A program made the translations under genes and the position numbers. A DNA stretch of 64,000 nt, from assembly GCA_048268245.1 (NCBI GenBank), contig JBLWVX010000003.1, positions 64,001 to 128,000 of the forward strand. The letters are read 5' to 3'. The DNA comes from Arcobacteraceae bacterium. Lineage in GTDB: Bacteria; Campylobacterota; Campylobacteria; Campylobacterales; Arcobacteraceae. Of this stretch, positions 48,933 to 58,983 are shown in pieces (within the stretch, counting starts at the first letter, position 1; the number at the start of each line of letters is the position of its first letter). The notes beneath the pieces were generated by a model. It did no database searches. It saw nothing but the letters and a program-made list of their open reading frames with translations, and was not told where the DNA came from.

Positions 48933-49924
48933 TTTGGTGCAAATGGGAAATAAGCACTTCCCCAAGTAAGTCCTGCTCCAAAGGCATCAAATAGGATATT
49001 ATCACCTTTTTTGATTTTTCCTTGCTCATAAGCATAGTTCATAGCCATTGGAATTGATGCTGCTGATGTATTACCATATTTGTCTACAGTAATTACTGTC
49101 TGTTCATTATTTAATCCTAAAGCTTTTCCAACTGCACTTATAATTCTGTAGTTTGCTTGATGAGGAATAAAATGATCAATGTCATCATTTTTAATATTGT
49201 GTTTTTTCATCATTACTTCAACATCTGCTGTTAAAGTTTTAACTGCTAGTTTGAAAGTTTCATTTCCTTTCATTCTAATACACGCCATTTTTTGCTCAAC
49301 TACTTCTTGTGAACATGGATGTTTACTTCCTCCACCTGGAGTTTTGATTAAATCATCATAGTTTCCATCACTTGAACAATTAACATCAACGATTGCTTCA
49401 CTTTTGTCATCTGTTGCTGATATAACTGCAGCTCCTGCTCCATCTCCAAAGATAAAACAAGTACCTCTATCAGTGTAATCTAAAATTGATGTATATGTTT
49501 CTGCACCTATTATTAGTACATTTTTCTTCATTCCTGATTCAATAAATGCTTTTGCTATAGATACTGCATATACAAATCCAGTACACGCTGCACTAATATC
49601 AAAAGCTTGAACAGGAGGTAAATCTAATTTTGATGCGATTAAACAAGCCGTAGAAGGCATACATAAATAATCTGGAGTTACAGTAGCACAAACAACCATA
49701 TCGATGTCTTCTTTTGCAATTCCTGCTCTTTCAATAGCAACTTCCGCTGCTTTTGCTCCTAAATCAGATGAAGCTTCATTTTCTTCAGAAATTCTTCTCT
49801 CTTTAATACCAGTTCTTTTTGTAATCCACTCATCACTAGTATCAATAATTTTTTCAAAATCTGCATTTGTCATAATCTTTGGAGGAATATATGCTCCAAT
49901 AGATCTAAAAGCTGCATATGCCAT
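48926..49924 (-). CDS. fabH: 3-oxoacyl-ACP synthase III
   Basis: DTSDEWITKRTGI, AACTGF, FGDGAGA, PHQAN, YGNTSAAS. Confidence 0.98.
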   Translation of the reverse strand: MAYAAFRSIGAYIPPKIMTNADFEKIIDTSDEWITKRTGIKERRISEENEASSDLGAKAAEVAIERAGIAKEDIDMVVCATVTPDYLCMPSTACLIASKLDLPPVQAFDISAACTGFVYAVSIAKAFIESGMKKNVLIIGAETYTSILDYTDRGTCFIFGDGAGAAVISATDDKSEAIVDVNCSSDGNYDDLIKTPGGGSKHPCSQEVVEQKMACIRMKGNETFKLAVKTLTADVEVMMKKHNIKNDDIDHFIPHQANYRIISAVGKALGLNNEQTVITVDKYGNTSAASIPMAMNYAYEQGKIKKGDNILFDAFGAGLTWGSAYFPFAPKK

Positions 49925-49964
49925 TTACATATCCTTAAATAAAAGTATAACTATTATATCTAAA

Positions 49965-50957
49965 TTAATTGCTATACTGTGATAATCTCTCTTCAATATG
50001 ACTATTTAAGTTTGAGCTAGCTGCATTGATAGCTTGGAATATTGCATTTTGAATTGCTTTTGGATTTGATTTTCCATGAGCAATAATTACAGGTGCTTTT
50101 ACACCAAGTAAAGGTGCACCACCATATTCCGCATAGTCAACTCTAACTTTTAAGTTTTTAAATACTTTTCTCATTAGAACTGCACCAGCTATTGAAATTA
50201 GAGATCTTTTTAAATTCTTTTTGATGATTTGTCCGATTGTATCTGCAACACCTTCGGCTGTTTTAAGTAAGATATTTCCTACAAAACCATCACAAACAAC
50301 AACATCAACTGTTCCTTTGAAGATATCACTACCTTCTACATTACCTGCGAAATTTGGAACTTTTGATATAAGTTTATAAGCTTCTTTAGTAACTTCATTA
50401 CCTTTGCTTTCTTCTTCGCCATTAGATAGTAAACCAACAATTGGTTCATCAAGTTGTAATACATCTTGTGCATAAACTTGTCCCATAACAGCAAATTCGA
50501 ATAAGTTTTTTGCATCACTATCAACATTAGCTCCAACATCTAATACTAAAGTATTTTGGTTTTCACTAGTTGGCATAAGTGTTGCTATAGCAGGTCTTGA
50601 TACACCTTTTATTCTTCCGATTCTAAGTGTTGCTAAAGACATTGAGGCACCTGAGTGTCCAGCAGAAACAACAGCATCAGCTTTTTGGTCTCTTACTAAT
50701 TCAATAGCTTTATAAATTGTAGAATCTTTTCTTTTAAGTGCATCTGTAGCAGAGTCGTGCATACTAATTACATCATCTGTATCTAATATCTCAACTCTTG
50801 ATTGAAATTGTTTTGGTAATAAAGCTTCAATTTCATCTTTCTTACCAACTGCAACTGCAGTGAAGTTATTATTTTGTTTTAAAGCTGCAACAAGGCCTTG
50901 AATAATAGGTTCAGGACCGAAGTCCCCACCCATTGCATCTATTGCGATCTTCAACAT
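49965..50957 (-). CDS. plsX: Phosphate acyltransferase
   Basis: [33 protein letters not shown]. Confidence 0.98.
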   Translation of the reverse strand: MLKIAIDAMGGDFGPEPIIQGLVAALKQNNNFTAVAVGKKDEIEALLPKQFQSRVEILDTDDVISMHDSATDALKRKDSTIYKAIELVRDQKADAVVSAGHSGASMSLATLRIGRIKGVSRPAIATLMPTSENQNTLVLDVGANVDSDAKNLFEFAVMGQVYAQDVLQLDEPIVGLLSNGEEESKGNEVTKEAYKLISKVPNFAGNVEGSDIFKGTVDVVVCDGFVGNILLKTAEGVADTIGQIIKKNLKRSLISIAGAVLMRKVFKNLKVRVDYAEYGGAPLLGVKAPVIIAHGKSNPKAIQNAIFQAINAASSNLNSHIEERLSQYSN

Positions 50958-51109
50958 TAGCTTTTGTATTCACCAGTGTTTGGGTTAACCGAATGAGGCA
51001 TTTTCCAAGATCCATCACTATCTTTAACTGGTTTTTTTAAAGTTATTTTGTAGTGAGTTCTTCTTTTCGCTGCTCTAGTATGAGATACTCTTCTCTTTGG
51101 TACTGCCAT
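50957..51109 (-). CDS. rpmF: 50S ribosomal protein L32
   Basis: [19 protein letters not shown]; start ATG 51109 after AAGGAG. Confidence 0.96.
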   Translation of the reverse strand: MAVPKRRVSHTRAAKRRTHYKITLKKPVKDSDGSWKMPHSVNPNTGEYKS

Positions 51110-51119
51110 TTTTTTCTCC

Positions 51120-51500
51120 TTAAAATTCTTTTTGAAATTCACTATCATCATGTGAACAGTTTTCACATAGATAGTAATCACTTTTAATTGATTCTAATTC
51201 ACTTTGAATTATCTCATCAAAGTCAATTGTATTATTGTCTATTTCAATTACTAAATCTTCCGATTCAGAATCTTCTTTATAAATACCATCACTTAATAAA
51301 AACTTTGCATCTTCATTTAAAGTAATAGTATCTGTGATACCACATCTGCAACAATCGATTTGTGTATTACCTTTTAATACTGCATCGATTTTTACTAACG
51401 ATTGCGATATTTTACAAAAAGTACCTTCAATTTCTACTGAATTGAGTGAAGCACTGAATTCACTAGGGTTTTGAGGTACTTTCTTAAATTCTATTTTCAT
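51120..51500 (-). CDS. YceD/DUF177-family protein
   Basis: C.RC motif, C..C at the C-terminus, position before rpmF. Confidence 0.8.
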   Translation of the reverse strand: MKIEFKKVPQNPSEFSASLNSVEIEGTFCKISQSLVKIDAVLKGNTQIDCCRCGITDTITLNEDAKFLLSDGIYKEDSESEDLVIEIDNNTIDFDEIIQSELESIKSDYYLCENCSHDDSEFQKEF

Positions 51501-51526
51501 GTTAAATTATAAAATTTACTTATTGA

Positions 51527-51940
51527 TTAACAAATTTCTCTGTCAGAGAAGAAGAATTTAATTTCATTTGCTGCATTTTCTAATGAATCTGAACCGTGAA
51601 CTGCATTAGCATCAATTGATTCTGCAAAATCTGCTCTGATTGTTCCAGCTGCTGCTTCTTTAGGATTTGTAGCACCCATTAAGTCTCTGTTTTTAGCCAT
51701 TGCGTCTTCACCTTCTAAAACAGTTACTACAACTGGTCCAGAAATCATGAATTCAACTAATTCACCAAAGAATGGTCTTTCAGCGTGTACTGCGTAGAAT
51801 GCTTCTGCATCAGCTTTGCTTAATTGAACTTTTTTAGTTGCTGCAATTCTTAATCCATTTGATTCAAATCTGTCTAAGATTTTACCTACAACATTTTTAG
51901 CTACCGCGTCAGGTTTGATGATTGATAGTGTTTGTTCCAT
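51527..51940 (-). CDS. ndk: Nucleoside diphosphate kinase
   Basis: [27 protein letters not shown]. Confidence 0.98.
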   Translation of the reverse strand: MEQTLSIIKPDAVAKNVVGKILDRFESNGLRIAATKKVQLSKADAEAFYAVHAERPFFGELVEFMISGPVVVTVLEGEDAMAKNRDLMGATNPKEAAAGTIRADFAESIDANAVHGSDSLENAANEIKFFFSDREIC

Positions 51941-51995
51941 ATTTATATATCCCTCAATATTTTTTTAAGTCGCGGATTATACCTAAAAAAATAAA

Positions 51996-52030
51996 AAAAG
52001 GCAAGTAGTTGAAAAAACTACTTACCTTTT
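51996..52030 (-). terminator. Intrinsic terminator after fdxA
   Basis: Minus strand AAAAGGTAAGTAGTT-N5-AACTACTTGCCTTTT followed by a T run. Confidence 0.8.
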
Positions 52031-52061
52031 ATAGTGTTTGGATACAGTTAAAAACTAAAAA

Positions 52062-52337
52062 TTAGTCTTCTACTACAGGAGTTCCAGCTTCACCTCTGTC
52101 TTCTTTTTCAACAGAACCTGAACCAGCTTCATCCCATACAATACATCCTTCAGTTGGACATGCATCAGCACATGCTGGCTCATCATTGTGACCTACACAC
52201 TCAACACATTTGTCAGCGTATACATAATATACATCTTCACCAGTTGGGTTATCATCGTTATCAACAATTGCTTCTACTGGACACTCATCTAAACATGCGT
52301 CACAGCTAATACAAATATCAGTAATTTTTACTGCCAT
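52062..52337 (-). CDS. fdxA: 2[4Fe-4S] ferredoxin
   Basis: CISCDAC...CP and CVEC......PACADACP; divergent from ahpC as in C. jejuni. Confidence 0.9.
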   Translation of the reverse strand: MAVKITDICISCDACLDECPVEAIVDNDDNPTGEDVYYVYADKCVECVGHNDEPACADACPTEGCIVWDEAGSGSVEKEDRGEAGTPVVED

Positions 52338-52470
52338 AGTAAATCTCCTATATAATAAATTTAGTAAAACTTTATCACAGTAAATATAAAATTAACTTTA
52401 AAAAATAAAAATTATCAAATGATACTAAAAATGTAGCATTTATGGTAACACTGGCCATTTATTAAATTAA

Positions 52471-52539
52471 AATGATAATGATTATTGAGATAAATAAAAC
52501 ATTATAAATATACTCGCATATTAAGGATAAAAATTATCT
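52471..52539. promoter_or_regulatory. Fur/PerR-type boxes between fdxA and ahpC
   Basis: TGATAAT-G-ATTATTG at 52473-87; GGATAAA-A-ATTATCT at 52525-39. Confidence 0.7.
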
Positions 52540-52647
52540 TAGGATAAATTTTTACAAATTTTAAAATTTAAGGAAAGTTGTAGCTTAATTTGAAAGTTTT
52601 TGGTGTATAATTACATCACAAATAAAAAATTAATAAAGGAATTAAAT

Positions 52648-53244
52648 ATGTTAGTAACTAAAAAAGCTCCAGATTTTACAGCTACAGCTGTACTTGCAGA
52701 CGGACAAATTGTTGAAGATTTTAACCTATATGAGAACATTGGTGAGAATGGTGCGGTATTATTTTTCTACCCATTAGACTTTACTTTTGTATGTCCTTCT
52801 GAGATTATTGCATTCTCTAAAAGAATTGAAGAGTTCTCTTCAAGAGGTATCAATGTAATTGGTGTTTCTGTTGACTCACAATTCTCTCACTTTGCTTGGA
52901 GAGAAACTGCAGTTGAAAATGGTGGAATTGGAAGAATCAAGTACCCATTAGTTGCAGACTTATCTAAACAAATTTCTAGAGATTACGATGTATTATTCGG
53001 AGATTCAGTTGCTTTAAGAGGTTCTTTCTTAATTGATAAAGATGGAACTGTAAGACACGCTGTAATTAATGACTTACCATTAGGAAGAAACATTGATGAA
53101 ATGATTAGAATGGTTGACACAATGTTATTTACTAACGAGCATGGTGAAGTTTGTCCTGCAGGATGGAACAAAGGTGATGAAGGTATGAAAGCTTCAACAG
53201 AAGGTGTAGCTGAATATTTAGGTAAGCACGAGGGTGACTTATAA
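52648..53244 (+). CDS. ahpC: Peroxiredoxin AhpC
   Basis: FYPLDFTFVCPSE, GEVCPAGW; start ATG 52648 after AAGGA. Confidence 0.97.
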   Translation: MLVTKKAPDFTATAVLADGQIVEDFNLYENIGENGAVLFFYPLDFTFVCPSEIIAFSKRIEEFSSRGINVIGVSVDSQFSHFAWRETAVENGGIGRIKYPLVADLSKQISRDYDVLFGDSVALRGSFLIDKDGTVRHAVINDLPLGRNIDEMIRMVDTMLFTNEHGEVCPAGWNKGDEGMKASTEGVAEYLGKHEGDL

Positions 53245-53265
53245 TATATAATTAAATGTATTTTA

Positions 53266-53291
53266 AATAAAGGTGTTTTTGCACCTTTATT
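53266..53291 (+). terminator. Terminator after ahpC
   Basis: AATAAAGGTG-TTTTTG-CACCTTTATT. Confidence 0.75.
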
Positions 53292-53312
53292 GTCTAAGAG
53301 AAATCAATTTAA

Positions 53313-53341
53313 TTGACTTTTTTTCAAATTAACACTACAAT
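53313..53341 (+). promoter_or_regulatory. Sigma70-type promoter of rho
   Basis: TTGACT-N17-TACAAT. Confidence 0.7.
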
Positions 53342-53357
53342 TACACTATTACTTTTT

Positions 53358-53387
53358 AAACTACAAAAAAACTACAAAAAAACTACA
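53358..53387 (+). repeat. Tandem 11-nt repeat (CTACAAAAAAA, about 3 copies) in the rho leader
   Basis: CTAC at 53361, 53372 and 53383. Confidence 0.85.
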
Positions 53388-53422
53388 TACTTAATATGTA
53401 AAATCAAAGGTTAAGATTACTC

Positions 53423-54745
53423 ATGGAAGAGTCTAAAACTCAAAGTAAAACAAAAAACACTAGGAAAACTAGAACTCATATACCTGTTGAAGGGTATAAA
53501 ATTGAACAATTAAGAGAACTTCCTTTAGAAGATCTTTTAAATATCGCAAAAGAACTAGATGTAGAAAATCCCCAAGAATTAAAAAGACAAGATTTAATGT
53601 TCTCGATTTTAAAAAATCAAATTGATGCAGGTGGATTTATTTTATTCACAGGTATTTTAGAGATTAAAGAGGGTGGATTTGGATTCCTAAGAGCAATTGA
53701 TGGAAACTTCTCTGATACATCAAATGATTCTTATGTAAGTGCTACACAAATTAGAAAATTTGCATTAAGAACTGGAGATATTGTAACTGGACAAGTTAGA
53801 CCTCCAAATAAAGAAAGTGAAAAATATAATGCTTTATTAAAAATTGAAGCAATTAATTATTTACCTATAAAAGCATCAAAAAACAGGCCATTATTTGACA
53901 ACTTAACACCTTTATATTCAACTGAGAAATTTAAATTTGAGTATGAATCAACTAGAATGACAGGAAGAATGCTTGATTTATTTGCTCCAATGGGTAAAGG
54001 TCAAAGAGGTCTTATCGTTGCACCTCCAAAAACTGGTAAAACTGAGTTATTAAAAGAGTTAGCTCATGGTATTACAAAAAATCATCCAGAAGTATCTTTA
54101 ATGGTTCTTTTAATTGATGAAAGACCTGAAGAAGTTACAGATATGCAAAGAAGTGTAAAAGGTGAAGTTTATAGTTCAACTTTTGATTTACCTGCACATA
54201 ATCATGTAAGAGTTGCTGAAATTGTTATTGAAAAAGCAAAAAGACTTGTAGAGATGAAAAAAGATGTAGTTATTTTACTTGATTCTATTACAAGATTAGC
54301 TAGAGCTTATAATACAGTAACACCAAGTTCTGGAAAGGTACTTTCAGGTGGGGTTGATGCAAATGCTTTACATAAACCAAAAAGATTCTTTGGTGCTGCT
54401 AGAAATATTGAAGAGGGTGGTTCTTTAACAATTATTTCAACTGCATTAATTGAAACTGGTTCAAAAATGGACGAAGTTATTTTTGAAGAGTTCAAAGGAA
54501 CAGGTAATAGTGAAGTTGTATTAAGTAGAGATGCAGCTAACAAAAGAGTATATCCAGCTCTTGATATTACTAAATCAGGAACTAGAAAAGAAGAATTACT
54601 TCTTACTCCTGAAATTTTACAAAAAACATGGATTTTAAGAAATGCTATTGCTTCTATGGATGAAGTTGAAGCACTTAAGTTCTTATATTCAAAAATGAAA
54701 AAGACAAAAGACAATGAAGAGTTTTTTGCAGGAATGAATGAATAG
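53423..54745 (+). CDS. rho: Transcription termination factor Rho
   Basis: [46 protein letters not shown]. Confidence 0.99.
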   Translation: MEESKTQSKTKNTRKTRTHIPVEGYKIEQLRELPLEDLLNIAKELDVENPQELKRQDLMFSILKNQIDAGGFILFTGILEIKEGGFGFLRAIDGNFSDTSNDSYVSATQIRKFALRTGDIVTGQVRPPNKESEKYNALLKIEAINYLPIKASKNRPLFDNLTPLYSTEKFKFEYESTRMTGRMLDLFAPMGKGQRGLIVAPPKTGKTELLKELAHGITKNHPEVSLMVLLIDERPEEVTDMQRSVKGEVYSSTFDLPAHNHVRVAEIVIEKAKRLVEMKKDVVILLDSITRLARAYNTVTPSSGKVLSGGVDANALHKPKRFFGAARNIEEGGSLTIISTALIETGSKMDEVIFEEFKGTGNSEVVLSRDAANKRVYPALDITKSGTRKEELLLTPEILQKTWILRNAIASMDEVEALKFLYSKMKKTKDNEEFFAGMNE

Positions 54746-54910
54746 AAGAGATAATCTCTTTTATTCAAAACAATAAACTATACAAAACTAGTCAAAAATA
54801 AACTACACAAAATTACAATTAATTTCAAAAAAATTCTATTTTTATTCTATATTTAACACATATTTTATTCAAATTTCTATACTATTCCATCACTTAATGA
54901 AGGATTTATC

Positions 54911-55867
54911 ATGATAACTATAGAGAATTTAAATAAATACTATGGTGATACAAAAGTTTTAAATGATATTTCTATAGATATTAAAAAAGGTGAGATGTTT
55001 GCTATTGTAGGACACAGTGGCGCTGGAAAATCTACACTACTTAGATGTATTAATGGACTTGAAGATTATAGTGATGGTTCATTAAAAGTTAATAACAAAG
55101 AAATAAAATCTTTAAATAAACAGCAGTTAAGAGAATTTAGAAAAAATATTGGAATGATATTCCAACATTTTTCACTAGTACAAAGAAAAACTGTTTTTGA
55201 AAATGTAGCACTACCAATGCAACTTTGGGGATACAGTAAAGAAGAGATTTTAAAAAAAGTAAAAGAGTTATTAGCTTTAGTTGGTTTGGAGCAAAAAGTT
55301 GATGCGTATCCAAATCAATTAAGTGGAGGTCAAAAGCAAAGAGTAGCAATTGCTAGAGCTTTGACATTAGACCCTGATGTATTATTAAGTGATGAAGCAA
55401 CTTCAGCACTTGATCCAAATACAACTACATCAATTTTAAATCTATTAAAAGAGATAAATGAAAAACTAAATATTACTATAGTTCTAGTAACTCACGAAAT
55501 GGAAGTTGTAAAACAAATAGCTCAAAAAGCTTTACTTTTAGAACATGGAAATATTATAGGTTTTGATGACACAGAAGAGTTATTTTTAAAACCTGATGAA
55601 AAAATGAAAGACTTTTTAGGAGAAACTGAGGTCGTTCCTAATGATGGTGTAAATATAAAATTATATTTCCCAAAAGATAATGCATATCAGTCATTTATAA
55701 CAAAAATGGCAAGAGAGTTAGATATGGACTTTAATATCGTATGGGGAAAACTTGAAGAGATTAATTCTCATATTGTTGGAAATATGGTTATTAATATAAA
55801 AGATGAAGATAGACTTGTAGTTACAAACTACATTAAAGAGCATGACATTGTATGGGAGGTTTTATAA
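54911..55867 (+). CDS. metN: Methionine ABC transporter ATPase
   Basis: [28 protein letters not shown]-terminal NIL domain. Confidence 0.93.
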   Translation: MITIENLNKYYGDTKVLNDISIDIKKGEMFAIVGHSGAGKSTLLRCINGLEDYSDGSLKVNNKEIKSLNKQQLREFRKNIGMIFQHFSLVQRKTVFENVALPMQLWGYSKEEILKKVKELLALVGLEQKVDAYPNQLSGGQKQRVAIARALTLDPDVLLSDEATSALDPNTTTSILNLLKEINEKLNITIVLVTHEMEVVKQIAQKALLLEHGNIIGFDDTEELFLKPDEKMKDFLGETEVVPNDGVNIKLYFPKDNAYQSFITKMARELDMDFNIVWGKLEEINSHIVGNMVINIKDEDRLVVTNYIKEHDIVWEVL

Positions 55868-56505
55868 TGGTTGATATTTTATTACCTGCACTTGGTGAAA
55901 CTGTATATATGTCGTTTGTATCTACTTTTTTAGCTGTTGTTATTGGATTTTTTTTAGCAATTGTTCTAATTTTCACTTCAAAAGGTGGTTTAAGAGAGAA
56001 TTTAAAGGTTTATACAGTTTTAGATGTTGTTATAAATACTTTAAGATCATTTCCTTTTATTATTTTGATGATTGTTCTATTTCCTTTGACAAAGTTTTTA
56101 ATTGGAAAAAGTATTGGAACAACAGCTGCAATTATTCCTCTTACAATTGGTGCTGCTCCATTTATTGCAAGATTAATAGAGAGTGCTTTTAAAGAAGTGG
56201 ATAAGGGAGTGATTGAAGCTGCAAAATCTTTTGGAGCAAGTGATACTCAAATTATATTTAAAGTGATGCTAGTAGAAGCATTACCAAGTATTATTTCAGC
56301 AATCACTTTAACACTTATTACAGTTATTGGATTTTCTGCTATGGCAGGGGCTGTAGGTGGTGGAGGTTTAGGAGATGTAGCTATTAAATATGGTTATTAT
56401 AGATTCCAAACTGATACTATGATTTATACGGTTATTATTCTTATTGCACTTGTTCAAGTAGTTCAAAGTGCTGGGGATTATTTATACAAAATTACAAAAA
56501 AATAA
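55867..56505 (+). CDS. metI: Methionine ABC transporter permease
   Basis: ET.YM, RSFPFIIL, SAMAGAVGGGGLG; start ATG 55867 after GGAGG. Confidence 0.94.
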   Translation: MVDILLPALGETVYMSFVSTFLAVVIGFFLAIVLIFTSKGGLRENLKVYTVLDVVINTLRSFPFIILMIVLFPLTKFLIGKSIGTTAAIIPLTIGAAPFIARLIESAFKEVDKGVIEAAKSFGASDTQIIFKVMLVEALPSIISAITLTLITVIGFSAMAGAVGGGGLGDVAIKYGYYRFQTDTMIYTVIILIALVQVVQSAGDYLYKITKK

Positions 56506-56525
56506 AAAAATAGAAAGGAAAATAT

Positions 56526-57332
56526 ATGTTAAAAAATTTATTAAAAGTACTACTTACTGTAGCAGTTGCTTTAGGATTAGTAGCTTGTACTGATTCAAAA
56601 GAAGAGAAAAAAGTTGAGTCAAAAGTTATAAAAGTTGGAGCTACTCCTGTTCCTCATTCTGAGATTTTAGAAATAGCACAACCTTTATTAAAAGCTAAAG
56701 GTTATGATTTACAAATTGTTGAGTTTACTGATTATGTAACTCCAAATATTGCTGTTGATGAGGGTGAGTTAGATGCTAACTTCTTCCAACATGAGCCATA
56801 TTTAATTGAGTTTAATAAAAGTAAAAATACAAAATTAGTTAAAACTGTAAATGTTCACTTAGAGCCAATGGGACTTTATTCAAATAAGTTAAAAAACTTA
56901 GATGAATTACAAGATGGTGCAACAATTGCTGTTCCAAATGACCCAACAAATGAGAGTAGAGCTTTAGATATTTTAGAGAAAAAAGGTTTATTAACATTTA
57001 ATGATGTTCAATTTAAAACAGCTTTAGATATCAAAGATAATCCAAGAAACTTAAAAATCAAAGAGTTAGATGCTCCTCAATTACCAAGAGTTTTAGATGA
57101 AGTTGATGGTGCTATTATTAATACAAACTATGCTTTAGCAGCTAATTTAAATCCTTTAAAAGATGCTTTAATTATTGAGCCAAAAGATTCTCCATATGCT
57201 AATATTTTAGTTGTAAAAGCTGGTAATGAAAATAGTGAAGCTATTAAAGCTTTAAATGAAGTATTAAACTCAACAGAGATTAAAAACTTTATTGCTGAAA
57301 AATATGAAGGTTCTATTGTAGAAGCTTTTTAA
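56526..57332 (+). CDS. metQ: Methionine-binding lipoprotein MetQ/NlpA
   Basis: Lipobox LVAC, VGATPVPH, DANFFQH.PYL, PNDPTNE.RAL. Confidence 0.94.
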   Translation: MLKNLLKVLLTVAVALGLVACTDSKEEKKVESKVIKVGATPVPHSEILEIAQPLLKAKGYDLQIVEFTDYVTPNIAVDEGELDANFFQHEPYLIEFNKSKNTKLVKTVNVHLEPMGLYSNKLKNLDELQDGATIAVPNDPTNESRALDILEKKGLLTFNDVQFKTALDIKDNPRNLKIKELDAPQLPRVLDEVDGAIINTNYALAANLNPLKDALIIEPKDSPYANILVVKAGNENSEAIKALNEVLNSTEIKNFIAEKYEGSIVEAF

Positions 57333-57343
57333 TAAAATCTTTA

Positions 57344-57377
57344 TATTGAATAGGAAAGTTTTCTTTTCTATTCAATA
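57344..57377. terminator. Bidirectional terminator between metQ and the glycosylase gene
   Basis: TATTGAATAGGAAAG-TTTT-CTTTTCTATTCAATA. Confidence 0.75.
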
Positions 57378-57382
57378 CTTTT

Positions 57383-58048
57383 TTAAGTTTTATTCTTAAA
57401 TACTTTTTCATATTGCTCAACTCTAAAATCAAAGGTAGTATAGTTTTGATTTTCAAGTTTTCTTTTTTTATATAAAGCATTTGAACCTATATATCTGTTT
57501 GCAGCATTTGATGGAGATGTTAGGCTTATAGTTTTTATAACTCTATTATCAAAAGAAAAACTATGAACTTTTGGTATTTCTTTTGAGATTAAATTATACT
57601 TGATATTTTCTTTTTTTAATAGCTGTCTTAAAAAATATTCAGGACCATTTTTACTATTTCCACCTGTGAATATTAGAGTTTCTATATTTTTATATTGTTT
57701 TAAATAAGCTAGAATATCTCGAAGTTTAACTTCACTCATTCCTAAATCACTTGCATCAACTTTTTCTCTTTTACAAGATTGTACAATATCACAAATCCCA
57801 ATTTGTTTTTTTATCAAAAACTCTTTTCTTTGATTTACTGCTTCTTTTGTATTATTATAAAGTAAATTTAAATCAAATATTTTATCAAGGCACTTCCATA
57901 AAAGACCATCTTGTGAACCATAACAAAAGTCAACATCATTGATTTTAAAATCTTTTTTGCAAAATCTAGGAGGTGGTAGTGTGCCTATTATTACTTTTTT
58001 TGTATCATTATTTAAAAATGGTTCATAAGGGTGAAAGTGAAAAAACAA
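57383..58048 (-). CDS. Uracil-DNA glycosylase superfamily protein
   Basis: HPYEPF...IIGTLPP, F.YGS..G.LW, L.SPS.AA; TTG start. Confidence 0.8.
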   Translation of the reverse strand: MFFHFHPYEPFLNNDTKKVIIGTLPPPRFCKKDFKINDVDFCYGSQDGLLWKCLDKIFDLNLLYNNTKEAVNQRKEFLIKKQIGICDIVQSCKREKVDASDLGMSEVKLRDILAYLKQYKNIETLIFTGGNSKNGPEYFLRQLLKKENIKYNLISKEIPKVHSFSFDNRVIKTISLTSPSNAANRYIGSNALYKKRKLENQNYTTFDFRVEQYEKVFKNKT

Positions 58049-58185
58049 AAGTAGCCTTTTAATTAAATATTATTTTACAAAGATTTATTAGTTTTAACAT
58101 TTTTATTATAAAAATACCCTAATTGTTTTCATCTACTTTTTTGACCTTTTTAGATATAATCCCTTAAATTTATAAAAGGCAAAAG

Positions 58186-58983
58186 TTGAAAGTAGGTGTA
58201 TTTGATTCTGGACTTGGTGGTCTTACAGTTGTAAATGCTATCAAAGATGTTTTTAAAGGTGCTGATATTTTTTATATTGCTGATACAGCCCATGCTCCTT
58301 ATGGAGTAAAAAGCCATGAACAAATTCTTCAAAGATGTATAGAGCTTACAAACTATTTTATAAAAGAGTATAAAATAGAGGTTTTAATTGTAGCTTGTAA
58401 TACGGCAACTTCTGCTGCTATAAAGCATTTAAGAGAAAACTTTCCTTTTTTAATCGTGATAGGAACAGAACCTGGAATCAAACCAGCTATAGAAAATACA
58501 AAAAGTTTAAGTGTTGGTGTTTTAGCAACTCCTGCAACTTTGAAGGGTGATAAGTATCAAACTTTAGTTGATAATCTTTCACGCAATAAAGAAGTAAAAC
58601 TTTTTGAACAAGAGTGCCCTGGTTTAGTAGAGCAGATTGAAAAAGGAAGAGTTTTACATAATGACACAAATGAGATGTTAGAAAAATGGCTTCTTCCTAT
58701 GAAAGACAATGGGGTTGATACTATTGTTTTAGGTTGTACACATTATCCTTTGGTATCCCAAGCTATAAAAGGCATTATGGGTGAGGGTGTAAATCTAATT
58801 CAAACAGGAGAAGCTATTGCAAATAGACTAATTAGTTTAAGTTCACAAAAGGGACATACTAACTTAGGAGATTTAAAAATATCTATTTGTTACACAGGTG
58901 AATTAAATAAAAATATGGTGAATATGATTTTTAAAGAGTATGAAAAACAAGATGAAATAATGGTAAGGAAATGTGAAGTATGA
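58186..58983 (+). CDS. murI: Glutamate racemase
   Basis: GVFDSGLGGLTV, ACNTA, LGCTHYP; TTG start. Confidence 0.97.
   Translation: MKVGVFDSGLGGLTVVNAIKDVFKGADIFYIADTAHAPYGVKSHEQILQRCIELTNYFIKEYKIEVLIVACNTATSAAIKHLRENFPFLIVIGTEPGIKPAIENTKSLSVGVLATPATLKGDKYQTLVDNLSRNKEVKLFEQECPGLVEQIEKGRVLHNDTNEMLEKWLLPMKDNGVDTIVLGCTHYPLVSQAIKGIMGEGVNLIQTGEAIANRLISLSSQKGHTNLGDLKISICYTGELNKNMVNMIFKEYEKQDEIMVRKCEV

Noticed and set aside
14835..51109. Zinc-free S18 and L32 as Zur-regulated paralogs
   Set aside because: Both sit in the canonical operons, and Cys-poor forms are normal for this phylum
53358..54815. CRISPR-like array from the short repeats around rho
   Set aside because: Units are 11-19 nt, with no unique spacers of regular length and no cas genes
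54750..54910. SAM riboswitch or T-box upstream of metNIQ
   Set aside because: The region is nearly G-free and cannot form the conserved structures; a -10 (TATACT 54878-83) lies close to the start codon
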